Source: the human T2T-CHM13v2.0 reference genome, Homo sapiens
Direction: 5' to 3' (one strand)
DNA length: 64,000 nucleotides
Assembly (NCBI RefSeq): GCF_009914755.1
Contig: NC_060927.1
The notes beneath the pieces are model-generated. The model had not been told where the DNA came from. It saw only the letters and a list, made by a program, of their open reading frames with translations, and did not search any database. Numbering within the stretch: position 1 is the stretch's first letter; each line of letters starts with the position of its first letter. A program made the translations under genes and the position numbers. Shown one piece after another: positions 14,034 to 31,893 of this stretch.

Positions 14034-17000
14034 ATGTAATATCAAAGTTCACAACTATATATTACATACTGTACATAAAATATCAAAGTACCCAAGGTAT
14101 ATATTCTATACTGTACAAAAAATATCAAAGTACCCAAAGCATGTATTATATACTGTACATAAAATATGAAAGTACATCAAATATATATTTTATTCTGTAC
14201 ATAAAATATCAAAGTACACCAGATATATATTCTATAGTGTATATAAAATATCAAAGTACCCAAACTATACATTATATACTGTACATAAAATATGAAATTA
14301 CATCAAATATATATTATATTAGGTACATAAAATATGAAAGTACATGAAGTATAGATTATATACTGTACATAAAATATCAAAGTACCCCAAATTTATATTA
14401 TATACTATACATGAAATATCAAAGTTCACAAACTATATATTATATACTGTACATAAAATATCAAAGTACCCAAGGTATATATTCTATAGTGTACAAAAAA
14501 TATCAAAGTACCCAAAGCATGTATTATATACCGTACATAAAATATAAAATTACATCAAATATATATTTTATTCTGTACATAAAATATCAAAGTACACCAG
14601 ATATACATACTATAGTGTACATAAAATATCAAAGTACCCAAACTATACATTATACACTGTACATAAAATATGAAATTACATCAAATATATATTAGGTACA
14701 TAAAATATGAAAGTACATCAAATATAGATTATATACTGTAAATATAATATCAATGTACCCCAAATATATATTTTATACTCTACATGAAATATCAAAGTTC
14801 ACAAACCATATATTATATACTGTACATAAAATATCAAAGTACCCAAGGTATATATTCTATACTGAACAAAAAATATCAAAGTACCCAAAGCATGTATTAT
14901 ATACTGTACATAAAATATGGAAGTACATCAAATATATATTTTATTCTGTACATAAAATATCAAAGTACACCAGATATATATTCTATAGTGTACATAAAAT
15001 ATCAAAGTACCCAAACTATACATTATATACTGTACATAAAATATGAAATTACATCAAATATATATTATATTAGGTACATGAAATATGAAAGTACATCAAA
15101 TATAGATTATATACTGTACATAAAATATGAAAGTACCCCAAATATATATTATATACTCTACATGAAATATCAAAGTTCACAAACTATATATTATATACTG
15201 TACATAAAATATCAAAGTACCCAAGGTATATATTCTATACTGTACAAAAAATATCAAAGTATCCAAAGCATGTATTATATACTGTATATAAAATATGAAA
15301 GTACATCAAATATATATTTTATTCTGTACATAAAATATCAAAGTACACCAGATATATATTCTATAGTGTACATAAAATATCAAAGTACCCAAACTATACA
15401 TTATATACTGTACATAAAATATGAAATTACAGCAAATATATATTATATTAGGTACATAAAATATGAAAGTACATCAAATATAGATTATATACTGTACATA
15501 TAATATCAATGTACCGGAAATATATATTTTATACTCTACATGAAATATCAAAGTTCACAAACCATATATTGTATACTGCACATAAAATATCAAAATACCC
15601 AAGGTATATATTCTATACTGTACAAAAAATATCAAAGTACCCAAAGCAGGTATTATATACTGTACATAAAATATGAAAGTACATCAAATATATATTTTAT
15701 TCTGTACATAAAATATCAAAGTACACCAGATATATATTCTATAGTGTACATAAAATATCAAAGTACACAAACTATACATTATATACTGTACATAAAATAT
15801 GAAATTACATCAAATATATATTATATTAGGTACATAAAATATGAAAGTACATCAAATATAGATTATATACTGTACATTAAATACCAAAGTACCCCAAATA
15901 TATATTTTATACTGAACATGAAATTTCAAAGTTCACAAACTATATATTATATACTGTACATAAAATATCAAAGTACCCAAGGTATATATTCTATACTGTA
16001 CAAAAAATATCAAAGTACCCAAAGCATGTATTATATACTGTACATAAAATATGAAATTACATCAAATATATATTTTATTCTGTTCATAAAATATCAAAGT
16101 ACACCAGATATATATTCTATAGTGTACATAAAATATCAAAGTACCCAAACTATACATTATATACAGTACATAAAATGTGAAATTACATCAAATATATATT
16201 ATATTAGGTACATAAAATATGAAAGTACATCAAATATAGATTATATACTGTACATTAAATACCAATATACCCCAAATATATATTTTATACTGTACATGAA
16301 ATATCAAAGTTCACACACTATATATTATATACTGTACATAAAATATCAAAGTACGCAAGGTATATATTCTATACTGTACAAAAAACATCAAAGTACCCAA
16401 AGCATGTATTATATACTGTACATAAAATATGAAAGTACATCAAATATATATTTTATTCTGTACATAAAATATCAAAGTACACCAGATATATATTCTATAG
16501 TGTAAATAAAATATCAAAGTACCCAAACTATACATTATATACTGTACATAAAATATGAAATTACATCAAATATATATTATATTAGGTACATAAAATAAGA
16601 AAGTACATCAAATATAGATTATATACTGTACATAAAATATCAAAGTACCCCAAATATATATTATATACTCTACATGAAATATCAAAGTTCACAAACTATA
16701 TATTATATACTGTACATAAAATATCAAAGTACCCAAGGTATATATTCTATACTGTACAAAAAATATCAAAGTATCCAAAGCATGTTTTATATACTGTATA
16801 TAAAATATGAAAGTACATTAAAGATATATTTTATTCTGTACATAAAATATCAAAATACACCAGATATATATTCTATAGTGTACATAAAATAACAAAGTAC
16901 ACAAACTATAAATTATATACTGTACATAAAATATGAAATTACATCAAATATATATTAGGTACATAAAATATGAAAGTACATCAAATATAGATTATATACT

Positions 17001-20000
17001 GTACATATAATATCAATGTACCCCAAATATATATTTTATACTCTACATGAAATATCAAAGTTCACAAACCATACATTATATACTGTACATAAAATATCAA
17101 AGTACCCAAGTTATATATTCTATACTGTACAAAAGATATCAAAGTACCCAAAGCATGTATTATATACTGTATATAAAATATGAAAGTACATCAAATATAT
17201 ATTGTATACTGTACATAAAATATCAAAGTACACCAGATATATATTTTATAGTGTACATAAAATATCAAAGTACCCAAACTATACATTATATACTGTACAT
17301 AAAATATGAGATTACATCAAATATATATTATATTAGGTACATAAAATATGAAAGTACATCAGATATAGATTATATACTGTACATAAAATATCAAAGTACC
17401 CCAAATATATATTATATACTCTACATGAAATATGAAAGTTCACAAACTATATATTATATACTGTACATAAAATATCAAAGTACCCAAGGTATATATTCTA
17501 TACTGTACAAAAAATATCAAAATACCCAAAGCATGTATTATATACTGTATATAAAATATGAAAATACATTAAATATATATTTTATTCTGTACATAAAATA
17601 TCAAAGTACACCAGATATATATTCTATAGTGTACATAAAATAACAAAGTACACAAACTATAAATTATATACTGTACGTAAAATATGAAATTACATCAAAT
17701 ATATATTAGGTACATAAAATATGAAAGTACATCAAATATAGATTATATACTGTACATATAATATCAATGTACCGCAAATATATATTTTATACTCTACATG
17801 AAATATCAAAGTTCACAAACCATACATTATATACATTCCATAAAATATCAAAGTACCCATGGCATATATTCTATACTGTACAAAAGATATCAAAGTACCC
17901 AAAGCATGTATTATATACTGTACATAAAATATGAAAGTACATCAAATATATATTTTATTCTGTACATAAAATATCAAAGTACACCAGATATATATTCTAT
18001 AGTGTACATAAAATATCAAAGTACCCAAACTATATATTATATACTGTACATAAAATATGAAATTACATCAAATATGTATTATATTAGGTACATAAAATAT
18101 GAAAGTACATCAAATATAGATTATATACCGTACATAAAATATCAAAGTACCCCAAATATATATTATATACTATACATGAAATATCAAATATCACAAACTA
18201 TATATTATATACTGTACATAAAATATCAAAGTACCCAATGTATATATTCTATAGTGTACAAAAAATATCAAAGTACCCAAAGCATGTATTATATACTGTA
18301 CATAAAATATAAAAGTACATCAAATATATATTTTATTCTGTACATAAAATATGAAAGTACACCAGATATATATTCTATAGTGTACATAAAATATCAAAGT
18401 ACCCAAACTATACATTATATACTGTACATAAAATATGAAATTACATCAAATATATATTATATTAGGTACTTAAAATATGAAAGTACATCAAATATAGATT
18501 ATATACTGTACATAAAATATCAAAGTACCCCAAATATATATTATATACTGTACATGAAATATCAAAGTTCACAACTATATATTATATACTGTACATAAAA
18601 TATCAAAGTCCCCAAGGTATATATTCTATACTGTACAAGAAATATCAAAGTACACAAAGCATGTATTATATACTGTACATAAAATATGAAATTACATCAA
18701 ATATATATTATATTAGGTACATAAAATATGAAAGTACATCAAATATAGATTATATACTGTACATAAAATATCAAAATACCCCAAATATATATTATATACT
18801 GTACATGTAATATCAAAGTTCACAACTATATATTACATACTGTACATAAAATATCAAAGTACCCAAGGTATATATTCTATACTGTACAAAAAATATCAAA
18901 GTACCCAAAGCATGTATTATATACTGTACATAAAATATGAAAGTACATCAAATATATATTTTATTCTGTACATAAAATATCAAAGTACACCAGATATATA
19001 TTCTATAGTGTATATAAAATATCAAAGTACCCAAACTATACATTATATACTGTACATAAAATATGAAATTACATCAAATATATATTATATTGGGTACATA
19101 AAATATGAAAGTACATGAAGTATAGATTATATACTGTACATAAAATATCAAAGTACCCCAAATTTATATTATATACTATACATGAAATATCAAAGTTCAC
19201 AAACTATATATTATATACTGTACATAAAATATCAAAGTACCCAAGGTATATATTCTATAGTGTACAAAAAATATCAAAGTACCCAAAGCATGTATTATAT
19301 ACCGTACATAAAATATAAAATTACATCAAATATATATTTTATTCTGTACATAAAATATCAAAGTACACCAGATATATATTCTATAGAGTACATAAAATAT
19401 CAAAGTACCCAAACTATACATTACATACTGTACATAAAATATGAAATTACATCAAATATATATTATAATAGGTACATATAATATGAAAGTACATCAAATA
19501 TAGATTATATACTGTACATTAAATACGAAAGTACCCCAAATATATATTTTGTACTGTACATGAAATATCAAAGTACCCAAGGTATATATTCTATACTGTA
19601 CAAAAAATATCAAAGTACCCAAAGCATGTATTACAAACTGTACATAAAATATGAAAGTACATCAAATATATATTTTATTCTGTACATAAAATATGAAAGT
19701 ACACCAGATATATATTCTATAGTGTACATAAAATATCAAAGTACCCAAACTATACATTATATACTGTACATAAAATATGAAATTACATCAAATATATATT
19801 ATATTAGGTACATAAAATATGAAAGTACATCAAATATAGATTATATACTGTACATTAAGTACCAAAGTACCCCAAATATATATTTTATACTGTACATGAA
19901 ATATCAAAGTTCACAAACTATATATTATATACTGTACATAAAATATCAAAGTACCCAAGGTATATATTCTATACTGTACAAAAAATATCACAGTACCCAA

Positions 20001-22259
20001 AGCATGTATTATATACTGTACATAAAGTATGAAAGTACATCAAATATATATTTTATTCTGTACATAAAATATCGAGGTACACCAGATATATATTCTATAG
20101 TGTACATAAAATATCAAAGTACCCAAACTATAAATTATATACTGTACATAAAATATGAAATTACATCAAATATATATTATATTAGGTACATAAAATATGA
20201 AAGTACATCAAATATAGATTATATACTCTACATTAAATACCAAAGTACCCCAAATATATATTTTATACTGTACATGAAATATCAAAGTTCACAAAGTATA
20301 TATTATATACTGTACATAAAATATCAAAGTACCCAAGGTATATATTCTATACTGTACAAAAGATATCAAAGTACCCAAAGCATGTATTATATACTGTACA
20401 TAAAATATGAAAGTACATCATATATATATTTTATTCTGTACATAAAATATTAAAGTACACCAGATATATATTCTATAGTGTACATAAAATATCAAAGTAC
20501 CCAAACTATACATTATATACTGTACATAAAATATGAAATTACATCAAATATATATTAAGTACATAAAATATGAAAGTACATCAAATATGGATTATATACT
20601 GTACATAAAATATCAATGTACACCAAATATATATTATATACTCTACATGAAATATCAAAGTTCACAAACTATATATTGTATACTGTCCATAAAATATCAA
20701 AGTACCCAAGGTATATATTCTATACTGTACAAAAAATATCAAAGTACCCAAAGCATGTATTATATACTGTACCTAAAATATGAAAGTACATCAAATATAT
20801 ATTTTATTCTGTACATAAAATATCAAAGTACACCAGATATATATTCTATAGTGTATATAAAATATCAAAGTACCCAAACTATACATTATATACTGTACAT
20901 AAAATATGAAATTACATCAAATATATATTATATTAGGTACATAAAATATGAAAGTACATCAAATATAGATTATATACTGTACATAAAATATCAAAGTACC
21001 CCGAATATATATTATATACTCTACATGAAATATCAAAGTTCACAAACTATATATTATATACTGTCCATCAAATATCAAAGTACCCAAGGTATATATTCTA
21101 TACTGTACAAAAAATATCAAGGTACCCAAAGCATGTATTATATACTGTACATAAAATATGAAAGTACATCAAATATATATTTTATTCTGTACATAAAATA
21201 TCAAAGTACACCAGATATATATTCTACAGTGTATATAAAATATCAAAGTACCCAAACTATACATTATATACTGTACATAAAATATGAAATTACATCAAAT
21301 ATGTATTATATTAGGTACATAAAATATGAAAGTACATGAAGTATAGATTATATACTGTACATAAAATATCAAAGTACCCCAAATTTATATTATATACTAT
21401 ACATGAAATATCAAAGTTCACAAACTATATATTATATACTGTACATAAAATATCAAAGTACCCAAGGTATATATTCTATAGTGTACAAAAAATATCAAAG
21501 TACCCAAAGCATGTATTATATACCGTACGTAAAATATAAAATTACATCAAATATATATTTTATTCTGTACATAAAATATCAAAGTACACCAGATATATAT
21601 ACTATAGTGTACATAAAATATCAAAGTACCCAAACTATACATTATACACTGCACATAAAATATGAAATTACATCAAATATATATTAGGTACATAAAATAT
21701 GAAAGTACATCAAATATAGATTATATACTGTAAATATAATATCAATGTACCCCAAATATATATTTTATACTCTACATGAAATATCAAAGTTCACAAACCA
21801 TATATTATATACTGTACATAAAATATCAAAGTACCCAAGGTATATATTCTATACTGTACAAAAAATATCAAAGTACCCAAAGCATGTATTATATACTGTA
21901 CATAAAATATGAAAGTACATCAAATATATATTTTATTCTGTACATAAAATATCAAAGTACACCAGATATATATTCTATAGTGTACATAAAATATCAAAGT
22001 ACCCAAACTATACATTATATACTGTACATAAAATATGAAATTACAGCAAATATATATTATATTAGGTAAATGAAATATGAAAGTACATCAAATATAGATT
22101 ATATACTGTACATAAAATATGAAAGTACCCCAAATATATATTATATACTCTACATGAAATATCAAAGTTCACAAACTATATATTATATACTGTACATAAA
22201 ATATCAAAGTACCCAAGGTATATATTCTATACTGTACAAAAAATATCAAAGTATCCAAA

Positions 22260-25200
22260 GCATGTATTATATACTGTATATAAAATATGAAAGTACATCA
22301 AATATATATTTTATTCTGTACATAAAATATCAAAGTACACCAGATATATATTCTATAGTGTACATAAAATATCAAAGTACCCAAACTATACATTATATAC
22401 TGTACATAAAATATGAAATTACATCAAATATATATTATATTAGGTACATAAAATACGAAAGTACATCAAATATAGATTATATACTGTACATAAAATATCA
22501 AAGTACCCCAATATATATTATATACTGTACATGAAATATCAAAGTTCACAAACTATATATTATGTACTGTACATAAAATATCAAAGTACCCAAGGTATAT
22601 ATTCTATAGTGTACAAAAAATATCAAAGTACCCAAAGCATGTATTATATAATGTACATAAAATATGAAAGTACATCAAATATATATTTTATTCTGTACAT
22701 AAAATATCAAAGTACACCAGATATATATTCTATAGCGTACATAAAATATCAAAGTACACAAACTATACATTATATACTGTACATAAAATATGAAATTACA
22801 TCAAATATATATTATATTAGGTAAATGAAATATGAAAGTACATCAAATATAGATTATATACTGTACATAAAATATGAAAGTACCCCAAATATATATTATA
22901 TACTCTACATGAAATATCAAAGTTCACAAACCATATATTATATACTGTACATAAAATATCAAAGTACCCAAGGTATATATTCTATCCTGTACAAAAAATA
23001 TCAAAGTATCCAAAGCATGTATTATATACTGTATATAAAATATGAAAGTACATCAAATATATATTTTATTCTGTACATAAAATATCAAAGTACACCAGAT
23101 ATATATTCTATAGCGTACATAAAATATCAAAGTACACAAACTATACATTATATACTGTACATAAAATATGAAATTACATCAAATATATATTATATTAGGT
23201 ACATAAAATATGAAAGTACATCAAATATAGATTATATACTGTAAATATAATATCAATGTACCCCAAATATATATTTTATACTCTACATGAAATATCAAAG
23301 TTCAAAAACCATATATTATATACTGTACATAAAATATCAAAGTACCCAAGGTATATATTCTATACTGTACAAAAAATATCAAAGTACCCAAAGCATGTAT
23401 TATATACTGTACATAAAATATGAAAGTACATCAAATATATATTTTATTCTGTACATAAAATATCAAAGTACACCAGATATATATTCTATAGTGTACATAA
23501 AATATCAAAGTACCCAAACTATACATTATATACTGTACATAAAATATGAAATTACATCAAATATATATTATATTAGGTAAATGAAATATGAAAGTACATC
23601 AAATATAGATTATATACTGTACATAAAATATGAAAGTACCCCAAATATATATTATATACTCTACATGAAATATCAAAGTTCACAAACTATATATTATATA
23701 CTGTACATAAAATATCAAAGTACCCAAGGTATATATTCTATACTGTACAAAAAATATCAAAGTATCCAAAGCATGTATTATATACTGTATATAAAATATG
23801 AAAGTACATCAAATATATATTTTATTCTGTACATAAAATATCAAAGTACACCAGATATATATTCTATAGTGTACATAAAATATCAAAGTACCCAAACTAT
23901 ACATTATATACTGTACATAAAATATGAAATTACAGCAAATATATATTATATTAGGTACATAAAATATGAAAGTACATCAAATATAGATTATATACTCTAC
24001 ATTAAATACCAAAGTACCCCAAATATATATTTTATACTGTACATGAAATATCAAAGTTCACAAACTATATATTATATACTGTACATAAAATATCAATGTA
24101 CCCAAGGTATATATTCTATACTGCACAAAAAATATCAAAGTACCCAAAGCATGTATTATATACTGTATATAAAATATGAAAGTACATCAAATATATATTT
24201 TATTCTGTACATAAAATATCAAAGTACACCAGATATATATTCTATAGTGTACATAAAATATCAAAGTACCCAAACTATACATTATATACTGTACATAAAA
24301 TATGAAATTACATCAAATATATATTATATTAGGTACATTAAATACGAAAGTACATCAAATATAGATTATATACTGTACATAAAATATGAAAGTACCCCAA
24401 TATATATTATATACTCTACATGAAATATCAAAGTTCACAAACTATATATTATGTACTGTACATAAAATATCAAACTACCCAAGGTATATATTCTATACTG
24501 TACAAAAAATATCAAAGTACCCAAAGCATGTATTATATAATGTACATAAAATATGAAAGTACATCAAATATATATTTTATTCTGTACATAAAATATCAAA
24601 GAACACCAGATATATATTCTATAGTGTACATAAAATATCAAAGTACCCAAACTATACATTATATACTGTACATAAAATATGAAATTACATCATATATATA
24701 TTAGGTACATAAAATATGAAATTACATCAAATATATATTTTATTCTGTACATAAAATATCAAAGTACACCAGATATATATTCTATAGTGTACATAAAATA
24801 ACAAAGTACACAAACTATAAATTATATACTGTACATAAAATATGAAATTACATCAAATATATATTAGGTACATAAAATATGAAAGTACATCAAATATAGA
24901 TTATATACTGTACATATAATATCAATGTACCCGAAATATATATTTTATACTCTACATGAAATATCAAAGTTCACAAACCATATATTGTATACTGCACATA
25001 AAATATCAAAATACACAAGGTATATATTCTATACTGTACAAAAAATATCAAAGTACCCAAAGCAGGTATTATATACTGTATATAAAATATGAAAGTACAT
25101 CAAATATATATTTTATTCTGTACATAAAATATCAAAGTACCCCAGATATATATTCTATAGTGTACATAAAATATCAAGGTACCCAAACTATATATTATAT

Positions 25201-28200
25201 ACTGTACATAAAATATGAAATTACATCAAATATATATTATATTAGGTACATAAAATATGAAAGTACATCAAATATAGATTATATACTGTACATTAAATAC
25301 CAAAGTACCCCAAATATATATTTTATACTGTACATGAAATATCAAAGTTCACAAACTATATATTATATACTGTACATAAAATATCAATGTACCCAAGGTA
25401 TATATTCTATACTGCACAAAAAATATCAAAGTACCCAAAGCATGTATTATATACTGTATATAAAATATGAAAGTACATCAAATATATATTTTATTCTGTA
25501 CATAAAATATCAAAGTACACCAGATATATATTCTATAGTGTACATAAAATATCAAAGTACCCAAACTATACATTATATACTGTACATAAATATGAAATTA
25601 CATCAAATATATATTATATTAGGTACATAAAATATGAAAGTACATGAAGTATAGATTATATACTGTAGATAAAATATCAAAGTACCCCAAATTTATATTA
25701 TATACTATACATGAAATATCAAAGTTCACAAACTATATATTATATACTGTACATAAAATATCAAAGTACCCAAGGTATATATTCTATAGTGTACAAAAAA
25801 TATCAAAGTACCCAAAGCATGTATTATATACCGTACATAAAATATAAAATTACATCAAATATATATTTTATTCTGTACATAAAATATCAAAGTACACCAG
25901 ATATATATACTATAGTGTACATAAAATATCAAAGTACCCAAACTATACATTATACACTGTACATAAAATATGAAATTACATCAAATATATATTAGGTACA
26001 TAAAATATGAAAGTACATCAAATATAGATTATATACTGTAAATATAATATCAATGTACCCCAAATATATATTTTATACTCTACATGAAATATCAAAGTTC
26101 ACAAACCATATATTATATACTGTACATAAAATATCAAAGTACCCAAGGTATATATTCTATACTGTGCAAAAAATATCAAAGTACCCAAAGCATGTATTAT
26201 ATACTGTACATAAAATATGAAAGTACATCAAATATATATTTTATTCTGTACATAAAATATCAAAGTACACCAGATATATATTCTATAGTGTACATAAAAT
26301 ATCAAAGTACCCAAACTATACATTATATACTGTACATAAAATATGAAATTACATCAAATATATATTATATTAGGTACATGAAATTTGAAAGTACATCAAA
26401 TATAGATTATATACTGTACATAAAATATGAAAGTACCCCAAATATATATTATATACTCTACATGAAATATCAAAGTTCACAAACTATATATTATATACTG
26501 TACATAAAATATCAAAGTACCCAAGGTATATATTCTATACTGTACAAAAAATATCAAAGTATCCAAAGCATGTATTATATACTGTATATAAAATATGAAA
26601 GTACATCAAATATATATTTTATTCTGTACATAAAATATCAAAGTACACCAGATATATATTCTATAGTGTACATAAAATATCAAAGTACCCAAACTATACA
26701 TTATATACTGTACATAAAATATGAAATTACAGCAAATATATATTATATTAGGTACATAAAATATGAAAGTACATCAAATATAGATTATATACTGTACATT
26801 AAATACCAAAGTACCCCAAATATATATTTTATACTGTACATGAAATATCAAAGTTCACAAACTATATATTATATACTGTACATAAAATATCAATGTACCC
26901 AAGGTATATATTCTATACTGCACAAAAAATATCAAAGTACCCAAAGCATGTATTATATACTGTATATAAAATATGAAAGTACATCAAATATATATTTTAT
27001 TCTGTACATAAAATATCAAAGTACACCAGATATATATTCTATAGTGTACATAAAATATCAAAGTACCCAAACTATACATTATATACTGTACATAAAATAT
27101 GAAATTACATCAAATATATATTATATTAGGTACATAAAATACGAAAGTACATCAAATATAGATTATATACTGTACATAAAATATCAAAGTACCCCAATAT
27201 ATATTATATACTGTACATGAAATATCAAAGTTCACAAACTATATATTATGTACTGTACATAAAATATCAAAGTACCCAAGGTATATATTCTATACTGTAC
27301 AAAAAATATCAAAGTACCCAAAGCATGTATTATATAATGTACATAAAATATGAAAGTACATCAAATATATATTTTATTCTGTACATAAAATATCAAAGTA
27401 CACCAGATATATATTCTATAGCGTACATAAAATATCAAAGTACACAAACTATACATTATATACTGTACATAAAATATGAAATTACATCAAATATATATTA
27501 TATTAGGTAAATGAAATATGAAAGTACATCAAATATAGATTATATACTGTACATAAAATATGAAAGTACCCCAAATATATATTATATACTCTACATGAAA
27601 TATCAAAGTTCACAAACTATATATTATATACTGTACATAAAATATCAAAGTACCCAAGGTATATATTCTATCCTGTACAAAAAATATCAAAGTATCCAAA
27701 GCATGTATTATATACTGTATATAAAATATGAAAGTACATCAAATATATATTTTATTCTGTACATAAAATATCAAAGTACACCAGATATATATTCTATAGC
27801 GTACATAAAATATCAAAGTACACAAACTATACATTATATACTGTACATAAAATATGAAATTACATCAAATATATATTATATTAGGTACATAAAATATGAA
27901 AGTACATCAAATATAGATTATATACTGTAAATATAATATCAATGTACCCCAAATATATATTTTATACTCTACATGAAATATCAAAGTTCACAAACCATAT
28001 ATTATATACTGTACATAAAATATCAAAGTACCCAAGGTATATATTCTATACTGTACAAAAAATATCAAAGTACCCAAAGCATGTATTATATACTGTACAT
28101 AAAATATGAAAGTACATCAAATATATATTTTATTCTGTACATAAAATATCAAAGTACACCAGATATATATTCTATAGTGTACATAAAATATCAAAGTACC

Positions 28201-30890
28201 CAAACTATACATTATATACTGTACATAAAATATGAAATTACATCAAATATATATTATATTAGGTAAATGAAATATGAAAGTACATCAAATATAGATTATA
28301 TACTGTACATAAAATATGAAAGTACCCCAAATATATATTATATACTCTACATGAAATATCAAAGTTCACAAACTATATATTATATACTGTACATAAAATA
28401 TCAAAGTACCCAAGGTATATATTCTATACTGTACAAAAAATATCAAAGTATCCAAAGCATGTATTATATACTGTATATAAAATATGAAAGTACATCAAAT
28501 ATATATTTTATTCTGTACATAAAATATCAAAGTACACCAGATATATATTCTATAGTGTACATAAAATATCAAAGTACCCAAACTATACATTATATACTGT
28601 ACATAAAATATGAAATTACAGCAAATATATATTATATTAGGTACATAAAATATGAAAGTACATCAAATATAGATTATATACTCTACATTAAATACCAAAG
28701 TACCCCAAATATATATTTTATACTGTACATGAAATATCAAAGTTCACAAACTATATATTATATACTGTACATAAAATATCAATGTACCCAAGGTATATAT
28801 TCTATACTGCACAAAAAATATCAAAGTACCCAAAGCATGTATTATATACTGTATATAAAATATGAAAGTACATCAAATATATATTTTATTCTGTACATAA
28901 AATATCAAAGTACACCAGATATATATTCTATAGTGTACATAAAATATCAAAGTACCCAAACTATACATTATATACTGTACATAAAATATGAAATTACATC
29001 AAATATATATTATATTAGGTACATTAAATACGAAAGTACATCAAATATAGATTATATACTGTACATAAAATATGAAAGTACCCCAATATATATTATATAC
29101 TCTACATGAAATATCAAAGTTCACAAACTATATATTATGTACTGTACATAAAATATCAAACTACCCAAGGTATATATTCTATACTGTACAAAAAATATCA
29201 AAGTACCCAAAGCATGTATTATATAATGTACATAAAATATGAAAGTACATCAAATATATATTTTATTCTGTACATAAAATATCAAAGAACACCAGATATA
29301 TATTCTATAGTGTACATAAAATATCAAAGTACCCAAACTATACATTATATACTGTACATAAAATATGAAATTACATCATATATATATTAGGTACATAAAA
29401 TATGAAAGTACATCAAATATATATTTTATTCTGTACATAAAATATCAAAGTACACCAGATATATATTCTATAGTGTACATAAAATAACAAAGTACACAAA
29501 CTATAAATTATATACTGTACATAAAATATGAAATTACATCAAATATATATTAGGTACATAAAATATGAAAGTACATCAAATATAGATTATATACTGTACA
29601 TATAATATCAATGTACCCGAAATATATATTTTATACTCTACATGAAATATCAAAGTTCACAAACCATATATTGTATACTGCACATAAAATATCAAAATAC
29701 ACAAGGTATATATTCTATACTGTACAAAAAATATCAAAGTACCCAAAGCAGGTATTATATACTGTATATAAAATATGAAAGTACATCAAATATATATTTT
29801 ATTCTGTACATAAAATATCAAAGTACCCCAGATATATATTCTATAGTGTACATAAAATATCAAGGTACCCAAACTATATATTATATACTGTACATAAAAT
29901 ATGAAATTACATCAAATATATATTATATTAGGTACATAAAATATGAAAGTACATCAAATATAGATTATATACTGTACATTAAATACCAAAGTACCCCAAA
30001 TATATATTTTATACTGTACATGAAATATCAAAGTTCACAAACTATATATTATATACTGTACATAAAATATCAATGTACCCAAGGTATATATTCTATACTG
30101 CACAAAAAATATCAAAGTACCCAAAGCATGTATTATATACTGTATATAAAATATGAAAGTACATCAAATATATATTTTATTCTGTACATAAAATATCAAA
30201 GTACACCAGATATATATTCTATAGTGTACATAAAATATCAAAGTACCCAAACTATACATTATATACTGTACATAAATATGAAATTACATCAAATATATAT
30301 TATATTAGGTACATAAAATATGAAAGTACATGAAGTATAGATTATATACTGTAGATAAAATATCAAAGTACCCCAAATTTATATTATATACTATACATGA
30401 AATATCAAAGTTCACAAACTATATATTATATACTGTACATAAAATATCAAAGTACCCAAGGTATATATTCTATAGTGTACAAAAAATATCAAAGTACCCA
30501 AAGCATGTATTATATACCGTACATAAAATATAAAATTACATCAAATATATATTTTATTCTGTACATAAAATATCAAAGTACACCAGATATATATACTATA
30601 GTGTACATAAAATATCAAAGTACCCAAACTATACATTATACACTGTACATAAAATATGAAATTACATCAAATATATATTAGGTACATAAAATATGAAAGT
30701 ACATCAAATATAGATTATATACTGTAAATATAATATCAATGTACCCCAAATATATATTTTATACTCTACATGAAATATCAAAGTTCACAAACCATATATT
30801 ATATACTGTACATAAAATATCAAAGTACCCAAGGTATATATTCTATACTGTGCAAAAAATATCAAAGTACCCAAAGCATGTATTATATAC
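22260..30890 (+). repeat. Near-identical direct duplication at offset 4686 (about 22260-26200 vs 26950-30890); ends approximate
   Basis: Nine consecutive ORF pairs share offset 4686 (22531/27217 through 26084/30770). Shared rare variants include tctatcctgt, aggtacattaaatacg, gtaccccagat and gtagataaaa. Confidence 0.9.
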
Positions 30891-31893
30891 TGTATATAAA
30901 ATATGAAAGTACATCAAATATATATTTTATTCTGTACATAAAATGTCAAAGTACACCAGATATATATTCTATAGTGTACATAAAATATCAAAGTACCCAA
31001 ACTATACATTTTATACTGTACATAAAATATGAAATTACATCAAATATATATTAAGTACATAAAATATGAAAGTACATCAAATATAGATTATATAGTGTAC
31101 ATAAAATATCAATGTACACCAAATATATATTATATACTCTACATGAAATATCAAAGTTCACAAACTATATATTATATACTGTCCATAAAATATCAAAGTA
31201 CCCAAGGTATATATTTTATACTGTACAAAAAATATCAAAGTACCCAAAGCATGTATTATATACTATACCTAAAATATGAAAGTACATCAAATATATATTT
31301 TATTCTGTACATAAAATATCAAAGTACACCAGATATATATTCTACAGTGTATATAAAATATCAAAGTACCCAAACTATACATTATATACTGTACATAAAA
31401 TATGAAATTACATCAAATATATATTATATTAGGTACATAAAATATGAAAGTACATGAAGTATAGATTATATACTGTACATAAAATATCAAAGTACCCCAA
31501 ATTTATATTATATACTATACATGAAATATCAAAGTTCACAAACTATATATTATATACTGTACATAAAATATCAATGTACCCAAGGTATATATTCTATAGT
31601 GTACAAAAAATATCAAAGTACCCAAAGCATGTATTATATACCGTACGTAAAATATAAAATTACATCAAATATATATTTTATTCTGTACATAAAATATCAA
31701 AGTACACCAGATATATATACTATAGTGTACATAAAATATCAAAGTACCCAAACTATACATTATACACTGCACATAAAATATGAAATTACATCAAATATAT
31801 ATTAGGTACATAAAATATGAAAGTACATCAAATATAGATTATATACTGTAAATATAATATCAATGTACCCCAAATATATATTTTATACTCTAC

